Shown one piece after another: positions 21,010-32,000 of a stretch of DNA of 32,000 bases. The notes under the pieces are model-generated. The model was not told the origin of the DNA and did no database searches. It worked only from the letters and a program-made list of their open reading frames with translations. This DNA is from Mycobacterium leprae TN (GTDB lineage Bacteria > Actinomycetota > Actinomycetes > Mycobacteriales > Mycobacteriaceae). Both the position numbers and the translations under genes were made by a program. The stretch lies in the NCBI RefSeq assembly GCF_000195855.1, contig NC_002677.1, forward strand, positions 2,310,001-2,342,000, read 5' to 3'. The first letter of the stretch is position 1. Each line of letters starts with the position of its first letter.

Positions 21010-21740
21010 CTCGTAGGATGGCTCACCATCGACTTGGCGGATCTAATCGGTCAAGCACCAAATGCGCCGTCCTGATGAAACCATGTGGCCCGGTCTCGAG
21101 GCGATCTAGATCCCCTCGAACGGCGTCTCCGAGCCGCTGCTTGAGCATCGTAAACCGTTCGCACGGCAACATCCTGTCCTCACCGAACCGCAGTCCCATG
21201 ACGCACAACCCTTCATTGGCACACCTTCATTGGCACAGCGGTCGGAGACAACAATCAGATCGGAGGGACTCCATTCGAGATCGCTACGGCTCGCGGTGGG
21301 CAGCGGGATTGGTAGCGACGGCTTCCTGAACACCGTCGCCAGCGCAAAACCACCGGTTAAACACTGGCTGGTCACGCCGACACCCTTGCCCGGCGTTGAC
21401 ACGTTAAGGTCACGCGTCAACGCACGCAGAAACAGCACCACCGGACGCTGTTGATTGGTCGCAAATACCGTGAATTCCCTCGCTAAACAATCCCGTACGG
21501 TGGAGGCGATGGTGTAGCCGGCTCACATCATCTTACCCGACTCACCGAACAACGACGGGATGGTTACGATGAAACCGTTACCCACCAGGTGATTGCCCAG
21601 GACCGGCACACCGGGATGGATACAGGGCACCTCGGGAATCAGCACCGCTAATGGCCGGGGCCTTTGCGGCAGACGTCATGGATGTAGCTGGCTTCCGGTA
21701 AAACGGTTTCACCGACCACTCGGACAGGTCCGCTTGAGGT
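21010..21740 (-). pseudogene. Dienelactone-hydrolase-like alpha/beta hydrolase, decayed; boundaries approximate
   Basis: The minus-strand pieces fall in three frames. AVLIPEVPCIHPGVPVLGNHLVGNGFIVTIPSLFGESGK lies at about 21535-21650. REFTVFATNQQRPVVLFLRALTRDL...GVGVTSQCLTGGFALA comes from ORF 21106-21441. GLRFGEDRMLPCERFTMLKQRLGD comes from ORF 21023-21208. The family call is from pattern memory (EIxGIxP...LAxxGFxxxxPxLF; CxTGGFALA). Confidence 0.6.
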
Positions 21741-21775
21741 GCAGGCACCAGGGTGCCCCTTAATCTGGTTTTACC

Positions 21776-22414
21776 TCAACGCGCCGGCAACGGCTGCTGT
21801 GATTGCGTCGCCGACGCCAGCATCCGGAACTGGCTAGAGCAGCCAGCCCCGGTGATCGCGATCTGAGCAGCACCGACCGGGCTAGCGAACCTGCTGGTCC
21901 ATACTGGCTCGGCGGCCGCACCGCTGTGGTCTTTCTTCTGGTCCGAGCCTTGATAGACTACCCACTTGGTGCCAGCCACATCGACAGTGCCGGTCGGATG
22001 TGAAGAAGGATGGATCGAGGCGACCAGTCTATCCTCGTCGGCATTGCTCTGGGTCAGGCTCAGATACATTCCTGTAGGGGTGATATATCCCACGGTCGAA
22101 GTAACCGCGGGCAGCCGCTTACCGGTGGATAGGTCCATACGCCCATCTTCTATACTGCCGCGACTACCGGAGTTAGACCGCCAGCCCGTGGGTAACTCAG
22201 GCAACCGAACCGGAAACCCCAACGCTCGAGCGTCTGCCCGCAAGGCCGCTGCCGCGTCGTAAGACGAAACCGTGCTCTTGGTCGTGCCGCCCGGGGCAAA
22301 CGTACACGTCCCGGCCATGCCGGCCAGCAGGATGCACCCAACCACCAGCGGCACCAGCGACCAGAACATGTCACGACCGTCCTGCAACAGTCGCGGTTTA
22401 GCCGACCATGACAC
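21776..22414 (-). CDS. DUF4245-like membrane-anchored protein (Rv1100-like), divergent from glpX
   Basis: The conserved part starts at [32 protein letters not shown] (a TM helix), followed by an extracytoplasmic domain. Candidate starts are GTG 22414 (preferred, by N-terminal similarity to the M. tuberculosis protein) and GTG 22465. The 378-aa track ORF extends antisense into glpX and is not credible in full. Confidence 0.75.
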
Positions 22415-22547
22415 CGAACCCGGCTTATTGGCGACCTCGGAATTTGGCTGCCACTCAAAGGTCACCCGTCTAGTATCCCAGCCCTGCTGGTTAACAGCTA
22501 GAGCCCAGCTCCAAGTGGCGGATCTACTTCTGGGACAATCATTAACC

Positions 22548-23615
22548 ATGACAGCTGAGGGCGACGGCTCGTTCAAACCCGGTCCGCCGACGGAGCGGCG
22601 TGGTGAAGCGCCAGACCGCAACCTGGCCATGGAACTTGTCCGGGTTACCGAAGCCGGTGCCATGGCCGCCGGCCGGTGGGTGGGCCGCGGCAACAAGGAG
22701 GGCGGTGACGGCGCGGCCGTCGATACGATACGGGAACTGGTGAACACAGTCTCGATGCGCGGTGTCGTTGTCATCGGCGAAGGCGAGAAAGACCATGCGC
22801 CGATGCTGTACAACGGCGAGGAAGTCGGCAACGGTGACGGCCCAGACTGCGACTTTGCAGTCGATCCGATTGACGGCACCACGCTGATGAGCAAAGGCAT
22901 GCCCAACGCCATCTCGGTGCTGGCGGTCGCCGATCGGGGCGCGATGTTCGACCCTTCGGCAGTGTTTTACATGAACAAGATCACCGTTGGTCCTGACGCC
23001 GCGCACGTCCTAGACATCACCGCGCCGATCGGCGAGAACATCCGGGCGGTCGCCAAGGTCAAAGACTTATCAGTGCGGGACATGACCGTGTGCATACTGG
23101 ATCGGCCACGACACGCCCAGTTGATCGACGACGTCCGCGCCACCGGCGCCAGGATCCGGCTAATCACCGACGGCGACGTCGCCGGCGCAATCTCCGCGTG
23201 CCGCCCCCAATCGGGCACCGACATGTTGGCTGGTATCGGCGGCACCCCGGAAGGCATCATCGCAGCCGCGGCGATCCGGTGCATGGGCGGGGCGATCCAA
23301 GCTCAACTAGCGCCACGCGATGACGTCGAACGCCGCAAGGCTCTCGACGCCGGCTACAACCTAGACCGGATTTTGACTACCGAAGATCTGGTTTCCGGAG
23401 AAAACGTCTTCTTCTGCGCCACTGGGGTCACCGACGGCGATCTGCTCAAGGGGGTGCGCTACTACGCTGGCGGCTGCACCACCCAGTCAATCGTGATGCG
23501 TTCGAAGTCGGGCACCGTTCGGATGATCGAGGCCTACCACCGGCTCTCTAAACTCAACGAATACTCCGCCATCGACTTCACCGGCGATAACAACGCCGCC
23601 TACCCCCTGCCGTAA
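22548..23615 (+). CDS. glpX: Fructose-1,6-bisphosphatase class II
   Basis: The ATG at 22548 (MTAEGDG...) gives a 355-aa protein that is near-colinear with mycobacterial GlpX ([28 protein letters not shown]...[21 protein letters not shown]...[15 protein letters not shown]...[18 protein letters not shown]). The track ORF start at 22272 lies in the divergent promoter region. Confidence 0.95.
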
Positions 23616-23623
23616 ACCACGCA

Positions 23624-25048
23624 ATGAAGAGGACCCAATTCATGGCCGACAGCGCCGAATACCGCATCGAGCACGACACCATGGGCGAAGTCCGGGTACC
23701 GGCAATAGCATTGTGGCGCGCGCAAACCCAGCGCGCGGTGGAGAACTTCCCAATCTCCGGTCGAGGTTTAGAGCGCACCCAAATCCGAGCGTTGGGTCTG
23801 CTGAAAGGCGCTTGCGCGCAGGTCAACAAAGACCTGGGATTGTTGGCTTCGGAGAAAGCCAACGCAATCATTGCCGCGGCGGCCACAATCGCCGACGGCT
23901 ACCACGACGACCAATTCCCGATTGACGTATTCCAAACCGGATCCGGCACCAGCTCCAACATGAACACCAACGAGGTTATCGGCAGCATCGCGGCAGCCAA
24001 CGGTGTACCGGTGCATCCCAACGACGACGTCAACATGTCGCAATCATCCAACGACACATTCCCGACCGCTACCCACATCGCAGCCACCGAAGCCGCGGTA
24101 CGCCATCTGATTCCGGCGCTGCAAGAGCTGCACGCCGCACTGGCGACCAAGTCCAGCGAGTGGCACACGGTGGTGAAATCGGGTCGCACGCACTTGATGG
24201 ACGCCGTTCCGGTAACACTCGGCCAGGAGTTCGGTGGATACGCTCGCCAAATCGAGGCCGGAATCGAGCGCGTACGCGCCACGCTGCCACGGCTTGGTGA
24301 ACTGGCAATCGGCGGCACCGCAGTAGGCACCGGCCTCAACGCTCCCGATGGCTTCGGCGCTAAGGTGGTCGAGGCACTGATCGCTACCACGGGTCTGACC
24401 GAACTACGACCGGCAGCAAACTCATTCGAGGCACAGGCCGCCCGAGACGGGCTTGTAGAGGCATCCGGGGCGCTGCGCACTATCGCGGTGTCACTGACTA
24501 AGATTGCCAACGATATTCGGTTGATGGGATCCGGTCCGCTGACCGGCCTGGCGGAGATCCAGCTGCCAGACTTACAGCCGGGTAGCTCGATCATGCCAGG
24601 CAAGGTAAATCCGGTTCTTCCGGAGGCGGTTACCCAGGTTGCCGCGCAGGTGATTGGCAATGATGCCGCCGTTGCCTGGGGCGGTGCAAATGGAGCCTTT
24701 GAGCTCAACGTCTATATCCCGATGATGGCCCGCAACATCTTGGAGTCGTACCAGCTGCTAACCAACGTGTCCAGGCTGTTTGCGGAGCGTTGTATTAAAG
24801 GGCTTTCCGCCAATATCGAGCACCTGCGCGAGCTGGCCGAGTCGTCGCAGTCGATCGTGACACCCTTGAATTCGGCCATCGGATACGAGGAGGCTGCCGC
24901 GGTGGTCAAACAAGCACTCAAGGAACGCAAGACCCTCCGTCAGACCGTTATCGACCGCGGCTTGATCGGGGACAAGCTGTCCCTCGAGGAGCTGGACCGC
25001 CGACTTGATGTGCTGGCGATGGCAAAAGTCAAGCCAGCGGATTCCTAA
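23624..25048 (+). CDS. fumC: Fumarate hydratase class II
   Basis: Intact 474-aa ORF with the signature [11 protein letters not shown], plus [14 protein letters not shown] and [11 protein letters not shown]. It starts 8 nt after the glpX stop. The ATG at 23642, preceded by gaagagga, is an alternative start. Confidence 0.96.
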   Translation: MKRTQFMADSAEYRIEHDTMGEVRVPAIALWRAQTQRAVENFPISGRGLERTQIRALGLLKGACAQVNKDLGLLASEKANAIIAAAATIADGYHDDQFPIDVFQTGSGTSSNMNTNEVIGSIAAANGVPVHPNDDVNMSQSSNDTFPTATHIAATEAAVRHLIPALQELHAALATKSSEWHTVVKSGRTHLMDAVPVTLGQEFGGYARQIEAGIERVRATLPRLGELAIGGTAVGTGLNAPDGFGAKVVEALIATTGLTELRPAANSFEAQAARDGLVEASGALRTIAVSLTKIANDIRLMGSGPLTGLAEIQLPDLQPGSSIMPGKVNPVLPEAVTQVAAQVIGNDAAVAWGGANGAFELNVYIPMMARNILESYQLLTNVSRLFAERCIKGLSANIEHLRELAESSQSIVTPLNSAIGYEEAAAVVKQALKERKTLRQTVIDRGLIGDKLSLEELDRRLDVLAMAKVKPADS

Positions 25049-25074
25049 CCGAATTGAGGAAAATTAGTCGAGGC

Positions 25075-26650
25075 CAGATGGCGCCAAGACCTACCTGCGT
25101 GGCCTCCGAGCGCCCGCACAGCACCATGGAACAGCGTTCGACCCAGTACTCGACTTCGCTCGCTCGGTCGATGGCTACCTTACAAAGATCAAGATCCGGT
25201 GGTCTGCGGTTTGGGCCAGGTCGGCTAGCCGTGCAGCCTCATTGACCGCATCACCGATCACGGTGTATTCATAGCGGTTTCCGGCACCAATGTTGCCCGC
25301 AAAGAGTCGACCTGTCGATACGGCCAATACCGAAGTCCACCGGAAGTTAGCGCAGCTGAATACTGAGGGCACGTGCGGCGGCCTTGGCAGCCGCTGCGGG
25401 TTCGTTGATCTGGATCAGCGCGCCAAACACGGCCAGCGCGGCATCGTCGGCAAATTTGTTTATCAGCCTGTGATGATCGTCAACGGCGCCGACAACGATC
25501 CGGAAAAGTCGTGGAGCACCTCAGCAACTTCTTGTGGGGGAGGCTGTACGCCAACTGCGTATAGCCCACCAGGTCGATGAAAAGAACTGCGACCTCAACC
25601 ACAGATTCACTGACAGCTACATGCACCTCCTCGATAGCGCTATGGGCTACGCCCGTCCCAACATAACGCCCAAACAAGCCATGCAACCGGTCACGTTCGG
25701 CAAGGCCAGCTACGATGCGGTTGAATCCTGTTTGCAGGAGACCAATTTAGGAGCGCTCGTAGGAACCGACATACGTTCCCATGTGGGCCGCACTCGACTT
25801 CCACCATCGCGTTGACGACCTCGCCAATTGGATCCGATATAGATTTCGTCGTCAGGATCATGATCGGCAGCCAACAACCATCGCTGCTAGTGGCACCACT
25901 AATCGCGGCACAATCCAATGACGCAGATTTTTGAATAAGCCAGCCGTATTTACGCAAAACCACAAATGTCATAGTGGCCCCGATAGAAAGTACGCTGCAC
26001 AAGAATCACAGGAGAATCATTTTCACCAACACGCCGGGCATTGCCAGGCGCAGACTCGGAACCCGAGTGTGGTGACCCGCACGATCGACCGCAGGGTGCG
26101 TTGTGTAAGTTGTTTAATGTGTTATAGGAGTCAACTCAGTGCCTTCTGGCTGGCCGGTCTGCCAAGCAACACAACAAGCCCCATATGGGCAGCAGAAGCG
26201 TAGCCCCGCAAGCACGATTTAGCAGCATCAAGTATAGCCGCCAACCAACCAGGCCCAAGGTGACAAACAGAATTGCCTACTGGCGTCCTGGAATTTTCAT
26301 GACGGTGTCTCGTTGATCCAGAGTCGGCTCCTCCCCCGCGACAAACCAACCCAGCGTGGAAACCAGGATCAGCGCACCCCGACCCGCAACGCCGATGACC
26401 ACCAGCACCAGCAGAGCCGCAATAGCGTTGGCATTCTTCTGCACGAAGTCGAGGTATGTGTGGCCCCTGAGCGGAATCAAAATGGCAGACGAATCGATGA
26501 CAGCAAACGTAGGCCGTGGCGCAGTCGACGGCGCACTGAATCGACAGCCCGCCAACCGTCTTTCGCTGGCCTTTGCACCTCCCGCCGGATCTGGCAGCAA
26601 GATTCCACCGCAGCCGCGTACCCCAACCCAGAACACACCCCGCGTTGCTC
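25075..26650 (-). pseudogene. Membrane-anchored HAMP + class III adenylate cyclase, decayed; boundaries approximate
   Basis: The cyclase domain is split over several minus-strand frames: LFGRYVG...EVAVLFIDLVGYTQLA (ORF 25480-25686), HRLINKFADDAALAVFGA (about 25400-25460), and AVSTGRLFAGNIGAGNRYEYTVIGDAVNEAARLADLAQ (ORF 25175-25372). A HAMP-like segment TKSISDPIGEVVNAM lies in ORF 25691-26002, and TM-like segments lie in 26000-26640. There are multiple stops and frameshifts. Confidence 0.85.
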
Positions 26651-26688
26651 ACGCTAACAAGTTACCCGAACGTATCGCGAGCCCGTGC

Positions 26689-27564
26689 TTAAGCACCGTC
26701 ATTCGATCCACCCGAATTCTGGCCAGAAATGTCGGTTATCGGGAAGTTGGGCATCGGCTTGGGCGACGAGGTGTTGGGCAACGCCGGGATCAGGTTGGCC
26801 GGAATATCATGAAGCTGGTTAACTGGCGGACCGTTCTCCCGACGACCGTAGCTGCTGCCGGGCGCTCGAGGACCAAGCAATTCGGTAACTGTCACCAGCC
26901 GGTAGCCGTTGGCCTTGAGCACCGGGATGAACTGATACACTAGGTCGACGGTGCTCGAGTACGTGTCATGGAACAACACTACCGACCCCGGCTTGATCTG
27001 CATCATCAACATACAACGCGTTGCTACTGTGTCGGAGTCGTTAGTCCAGTCGAAAGGAATTACATCCCAAAGGATTTCGGCTTGACCATAGCGGCCGGCA
27101 ACCTGACGCACCGCCTCATTGGACAATCCGCCGGCAGGACGCCACAGCGTCGGCGTCCTGCCGGTTGCCACGGTAATAGCGTGATTAGCTCTGGAGAACT
27201 GGTCGGCGATGTCCTCGGTCGAGAGCATCGTCATATTGGGATGTTCCCACGTGTGGCTGCCTATCTCCATGCCCGCATCAACGATGCGCTTGGCTCCCGC
27301 CGGGTTAGTTGCCACCTTGTTGCCGATAAGGAAGAACGTGGCCTTGGCGTCGTTGTCCTTCAGGATTTGCACAAGCCGGTCCGTGTACGGTCCCGGACCA
27401 TCGTCGAACGTCAACGCTATGCACTTGACTTGCGCGCAACTCATGTCGTCGGCCCGCGTCACGTGACCGGTAAGGGCGCCGATCACCAGCACTGCCCCGG
27501 CCGCGACGACGCCGAAGACGGTCCGCGAATAGCGCCAAGCCTGAGTGTCAGGTCGTTTCAACAC
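26689..27564 (-). CDS. Polysaccharide/peptidoglycan deacetylase, NodB domain (Rv1096-like)
   Basis: Intact 291-aa ORF with an N-terminal TM/signal segment and NodB motifs ALTFDDGPGPYT and GSHTWEHP. Confidence 0.9.
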   Translation of the reverse strand: MLKRPDTQAWRYSRTVFGVVAAGAVLVIGALTGHVTRADDMSCAQVKCIALTFDDGPGPYTDRLVQILKDNDAKATFFLIGNKVATNPAGAKRIVDAGMEIGSHTWEHPNMTMLSTEDIADQFSRANHAITVATGRTPTLWRPAGGLSNEAVRQVAGRYGQAEILWDVIPFDWTNDSDTVATRCMLMMQIKPGSVVLFHDTYSSTVDLVYQFIPVLKANGYRLVTVTELLGPRAPGSSYGRRENGPPVNQLHDIPANLIPALPNTSSPKPMPNFPITDISGQNSGGSNDGA

Positions 27565-27618
27565 GATAGCAGCCTACCGAAGAGCAGCGCCGCCAGTGAG
27601 TTTGGAATCTGGGAGCCG

Positions 27619-28920
27619 TCAGTGCGGACCGGCGATCTCCTCGAACATCTCGGTGACCAACGCCGCAACGGGTGACCGCTCGCTACGCTGCAAGGTGACG
27701 TGAGCAAACAGAGGATGGCCTTTAAGCTTCTCGATCACTCCCGCCACGCCGTCGTGGCGGCCGACGCGCAAGTTGTCGCGCTGAGCGATATCATGGGTCA
27801 GCACCACCCGCGATCCCGTGCCCAGCCTAGACAACACCGTCAGCAGGACATTGCGCTCGAGTGACTGTGCCTCGTCGACAATGACGAACGAATCATGCAA
27901 TGAACGTCCCCGAATGTGGGTCAATGGCAACACCTCAAGCATGCTCCGGGAGAGAACCTCCTCAAGCACCGCGGGACTAGCCAGACCCTCGAGAGTATCG
28001 AAGACAGCCTGGGCCCACGGGCCCATCTTCTCGCTCTCACTGCCGGGCAAATAACCCAGCTCTTGGCCACCGACGGCGTATAACGGGCGGAAGACCACTA
28101 CCTTGCGGTGACTCCGCCGCTCCAGCACCGCCTCTAGACCGGCGCATAGTGCCAGCGCCGACTTGCCGGTACCGGCTTTGCCGCCCAGCGACACGATGCC
28201 CACCGATTCATCAAGGAGGAGATCGAGCGCTACGCGTTGTTCAGCGGAACGACCACGCAGCCCGAACACTTCGCGGTCACCGCGAACCAGCTGGACTCGT
28301 TTGGCAGCAGTGACGCGGCCCAGTGCATGGGAGTTACTGCCCAGCAGTCGAATCCCAGTATGACAAGGCAGGTCTCTGGCTTCGCCCAGGTCGATCTTGC
28401 CTTCGGCGAACAGTGCGTCGATGTCTTCAGCGCAAGTCTCAATCTCGTGCATCCCGGACCAGCCGGAAGCGACAACATCCTGCGCGTGGTACTCGTCGGC
28501 GGCAAGTCCGACCGCAGCGGCCTTGACCCGAAGTGGAAGGTCCTTGCTGACCAGCGTGACGCGCCTACCTTCGGCGGCCAGGTTGGCAGCACAGCTCAAG
28601 ATCCGGGAATCGTTACTGTCGGTGCGAAAGCCGGCAGGCAGCACCGTGGGGTCCGAGTGGTTGAGTTCAACATGCAGCGTCCCGCCTTGCATTCCTACCG
28701 GTATGGGCTGATCCAGCCGTCCGTGATCGAGTCGAAGATCATCGAACAGACGCAACGCCTGACGAGCAAACCACCCCAGTTCATGGTGGTGGCGTTTGGC
28801 CTCCAGTTCACTGATTACCACCAGCGGCACCACCACTTCGTGTTCGGCGAACCGACTGCACGCCCAGGGATCAGACAACAACACAGAGGTGTCGATCACG
28901 TACGTCCGGATATCGGTCAC
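27619..28920 (-). CDS. phoH2: PIN-domain + PhoH-domain ATPase/RNA helicase-RNase
   Basis: Intact 433-aa ORF with an N-terminal PIN domain ([13 protein letters not shown]...), a PhoH domain with Walker [15 protein letters not shown], and Walker [10 protein letters not shown]. It has a GTG start with GGAG 6 nt upstream. Confidence 0.93.
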   Translation of the reverse strand: MTDIRTYVIDTSVLLSDPWACSRFAEHEVVVPLVVISELEAKRHHHELGWFARQALRLFDDLRLDHGRLDQPIPVGMQGGTLHVELNHSDPTVLPAGFRTDSNDSRILSCAANLAAEGRRVTLVSKDLPLRVKAAAVGLAADEYHAQDVVASGWSGMHEIETCAEDIDALFAEGKIDLGEARDLPCHTGIRLLGSNSHALGRVTAAKRVQLVRGDREVFGLRGRSAEQRVALDLLLDESVGIVSLGGKAGTGKSALALCAGLEAVLERRSHRKVVVFRPLYAVGGQELGYLPGSESEKMGPWAQAVFDTLEGLASPAVLEEVLSRSMLEVLPLTHIRGRSLHDSFVIVDEAQSLERNVLLTVLSRLGTGSRVVLTHDIAQRDNLRVGRHDGVAGVIEKLKGHPLFAHVTLQRSERSPVAALVTEMFEEIAGPH

Positions 28921-29318
28921 AGAACGCTCCTCGAGCTAGTGGTCCCGCTCTTCAACTGGGGCCCCCATTCCACGGGCCGCGTCGGCGGGCTTGACTTGAT
29001 CGCCCAGCGTCTGCACGGTCCAAAATTTGCGACCCACATCATCGCCAGACTAACTCCGTGCAGCCCCACACAAGCATCTTGGCTAAGGCTGCGACACCAG
29101 GACCGGGGCCCGGTCCTGGTGTCGCCGTGACCGGAAGTGTCGCCCTGGCGGCAGGGCATATAGCTGGCCATCGAATACAACGCTACTCTCGTGGCGGCAC
29201 TGCCGTTGCGCAGGCGCGCCGAGACCGGACTGGCGAGGATTCCCAGCGTACGTCGGGAGGAAAAGCGACTTAGCTGGTGACGAATTGCGCCAGTTGCGGT
29301 TCGTTTATCAAACCCCAT
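28917..29318 (-). other. Upstream ORF overlapping phoH2 by GTGA; a phoAT-like candidate whose coding status is unproven
   Basis: The open frame (133 codons at maximum) ends in a TGA that overlaps the phoH2 GTG (gtga = reverse complement of 28917-28920). Internal ATGs give shorter versions, e.g. MASYMPC... and [41 protein letters not shown]. The 5' 49 nt overlap the desA2 3' end. The composition is Arg/Ser/Gly-rich, as in spurious GC-rich ORFs. Confidence 0.3.
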
Positions 29319-30097
29319 GCGGTGATGCGGTCGGAGATCACTTGCCGCAGTTCGACAGATCCGAAAATACCAGCAGCGGAGATGTTTTCTACTTTGTCGT
29401 GGTAAGCGTCAATGTCAGCACCGAGGACATCTAGACCGGCTGCACGAGCGGCAATCGCGGCGACCGTCTCGTCGCGATTGCACTCCAGACAGTGCGCGAC
29501 GAGGTTGGCGAAGAACTCCTCGTGACGTACTTCGTCTTTGACGATCTGGTTGATCAGTCCGAACAAAGCGGGCTCCTTAATCTGCGCTGCCAAGCTGCCG
29601 CAGAAAAAGGCGTAACTGCGCTCCAGGAACGCCATGTAGACCAAGGTTTCGATCTGCGTGTACGAGTTGACGCGGTAGCCCTTCATCACGTGCTCGACTC
29701 GAACCTGTTCGTTGGCTACCGGATCGACTTCTCGGGTCACTACCAAGTATTCGCGCAATGCGATGGCATGCAGATGCTCCTCCGCGGTCCACCTGCCGAG
29801 CCAACGACCCCACCAACCTTCGAGAATGAAATGCTCGACGAGTTCGCGGTGATAACCGGCGAGGTTGTCTTTAAGAATCAGCAGGATCTCGCAGGCGTCC
29901 GTGACGGCCTTGGCCAACGTCGCCTGGGACGGATCCCAATCGCGGCCGCCAAGGAAGGCAAAGTTTTCACCCCGGTCGAACGGTACGTAGTCGTGGGCGA
30001 ACCAGAGTTCCTCGTTTGCGAAGTGTCGAGCCATGTTGTCTTTCACCACAGGCTCAAGCTGAAGGATCAATGCGTTAGGTACAGGTTTCTGTGCCAT
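29270..30097 (-). CDS. desA2: Acyl-ACP desaturase family protein
   Basis: Intact 275-aa ORF in the soluble di-iron desaturase family (WTAEEHLHAIAL, VKDEVRHEEFF). Confidence 0.93.
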   Translation of the reverse strand: MAQKPVPNALILQLEPVVKDNMARHFANEELWFAHDYVPFDRGENFAFLGGRDWDPSQATLAKAVTDACEILLILKDNLAGYHRELVEHFILEGWWGRWLGRWTAEEHLHAIALREYLVVTREVDPVANEQVRVEHVMKGYRVNSYTQIETLVYMAFLERSYAFFCGSLAAQIKEPALFGLINQIVKDEVRHEEFFANLVAHCLECNRDETVAAIAARAAGLDVLGADIDAYHDKVENISAAGIFGSVELRQVISDRITAWGLINEPQLAQFVTS

Positions 30098-30153
30098 AAG
30101 GTAACTGTAACCCGTTTACACAGTTTTTGTTAAATCAGAAGATTACGTGTAAC

Positions 30154-32000
<1,847 letters not shown>

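Noticed and set aside
21776-22912. A 378-aa minus-strand ORF spanning the DUF4245-like gene and running antisense through the first 365 nt of glpX
   Set aside because: Only the C-terminal ~213 aa (from [16 protein letters not shown]...) look like a real protein. The N-terminal part is Pro/Ser/Arg-rich antisense translation of the highly conserved glpX 5' region and of the divergent promoter. The feature was trimmed to 21776-22414.
23899-24708. A 269-aa ORF antisense to fumC. Similar long antisense or alternate-frame ORFs include 28237-29130 (against phoH2), 29492-30133 (against desA2), 26968-27675 (against the deacetylase), 30260-31314 (against glyA), 16667-17092 (against xseA), 12766-13177 (against ychF) and 4715-5467 (against the small membrane protein gene).
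   Set aside because: They lie opposite or out of frame to genes with unambiguous full-length homology. They have Arg/Ser/Pro/Ala-rich composition typical of non-coding frames in GC-rich DNA and carry no recognisable motifs.
25071-25105. An inverted repeat gaggcca ... tggcctc after the fumC stop, as a possible terminator
   Set aside because: The 7-bp stem has a 21-nt loop and no T-tract, and it also overlaps the 3' end of the cyclase relic.

Overview
This 32-kb window looks like a Mycobacterium leprae-type chromosome segment (M. leprae or a close relative such as M. lepromatosis). This is inferred from the encoded proteins and the heavy pseudogene load; no database search was run. Intact housekeeping genes alternate with badly decayed pseudogenes.

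Two conserved mycobacterial synteny blocks are recognisable. M. tuberculosis H37Rv locus names are quoted from memory.

- Left block (1 to ~9.3 kb, equivalents of Rv0433 to Rv0425c): YbdK-type ligase pseudogene, sodC, a LytR_C membrane protein, a DUF3263-like protein, def, dead xthA, a small Gly/Ala-rich membrane protein, and a dead ctpH P-type ATPase.
- Right block (~12.2 to 32 kb, equivalents of Rv1112 to Rv1092c): ychF, an Rv1111c-like membrane protein, ispH, an Rv1109c-like protein, xseA, xseB and a 3-beta-hydroxysteroid dehydrogenase. Then come 2.7 kb of wreckage: a DUF559-type pseudogene, an IS30-family transposase relic bracketed by a 56-bp inverted repeat, and a dienelactone-hydrolase-like pseudogene. 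The block continues with a DUF4245-like protein, glpX, fumC, a dead HAMP/class III adenylate cyclase, a NodB-type deacetylase, phoH2, desA2, glyA and the 5' part of coaA.

The two blocks are joined by ~2.8 kb in which I cannot assign any gene. By my approximate boundaries about 13 kb (~40%) of the window is non-functional. I saw no rRNA, tRNA or CRISPR array.

I found no convincing evidence for an intact novel multi-gene system. The observations most worth a second look are:
- a 50-bp near-perfect palindrome that contains the def start codon;
- the IS30 relic with unusually well-preserved 56-bp inverted arms;
- a phoAT-like upstream ORF overlapping phoH2 by GTGA;
- a 15-bp in-frame tandem duplication in xseB;
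- a possible decayed paralogue of the small membrane protein on the far side of dead ctpH;
- the synteny junction itself.
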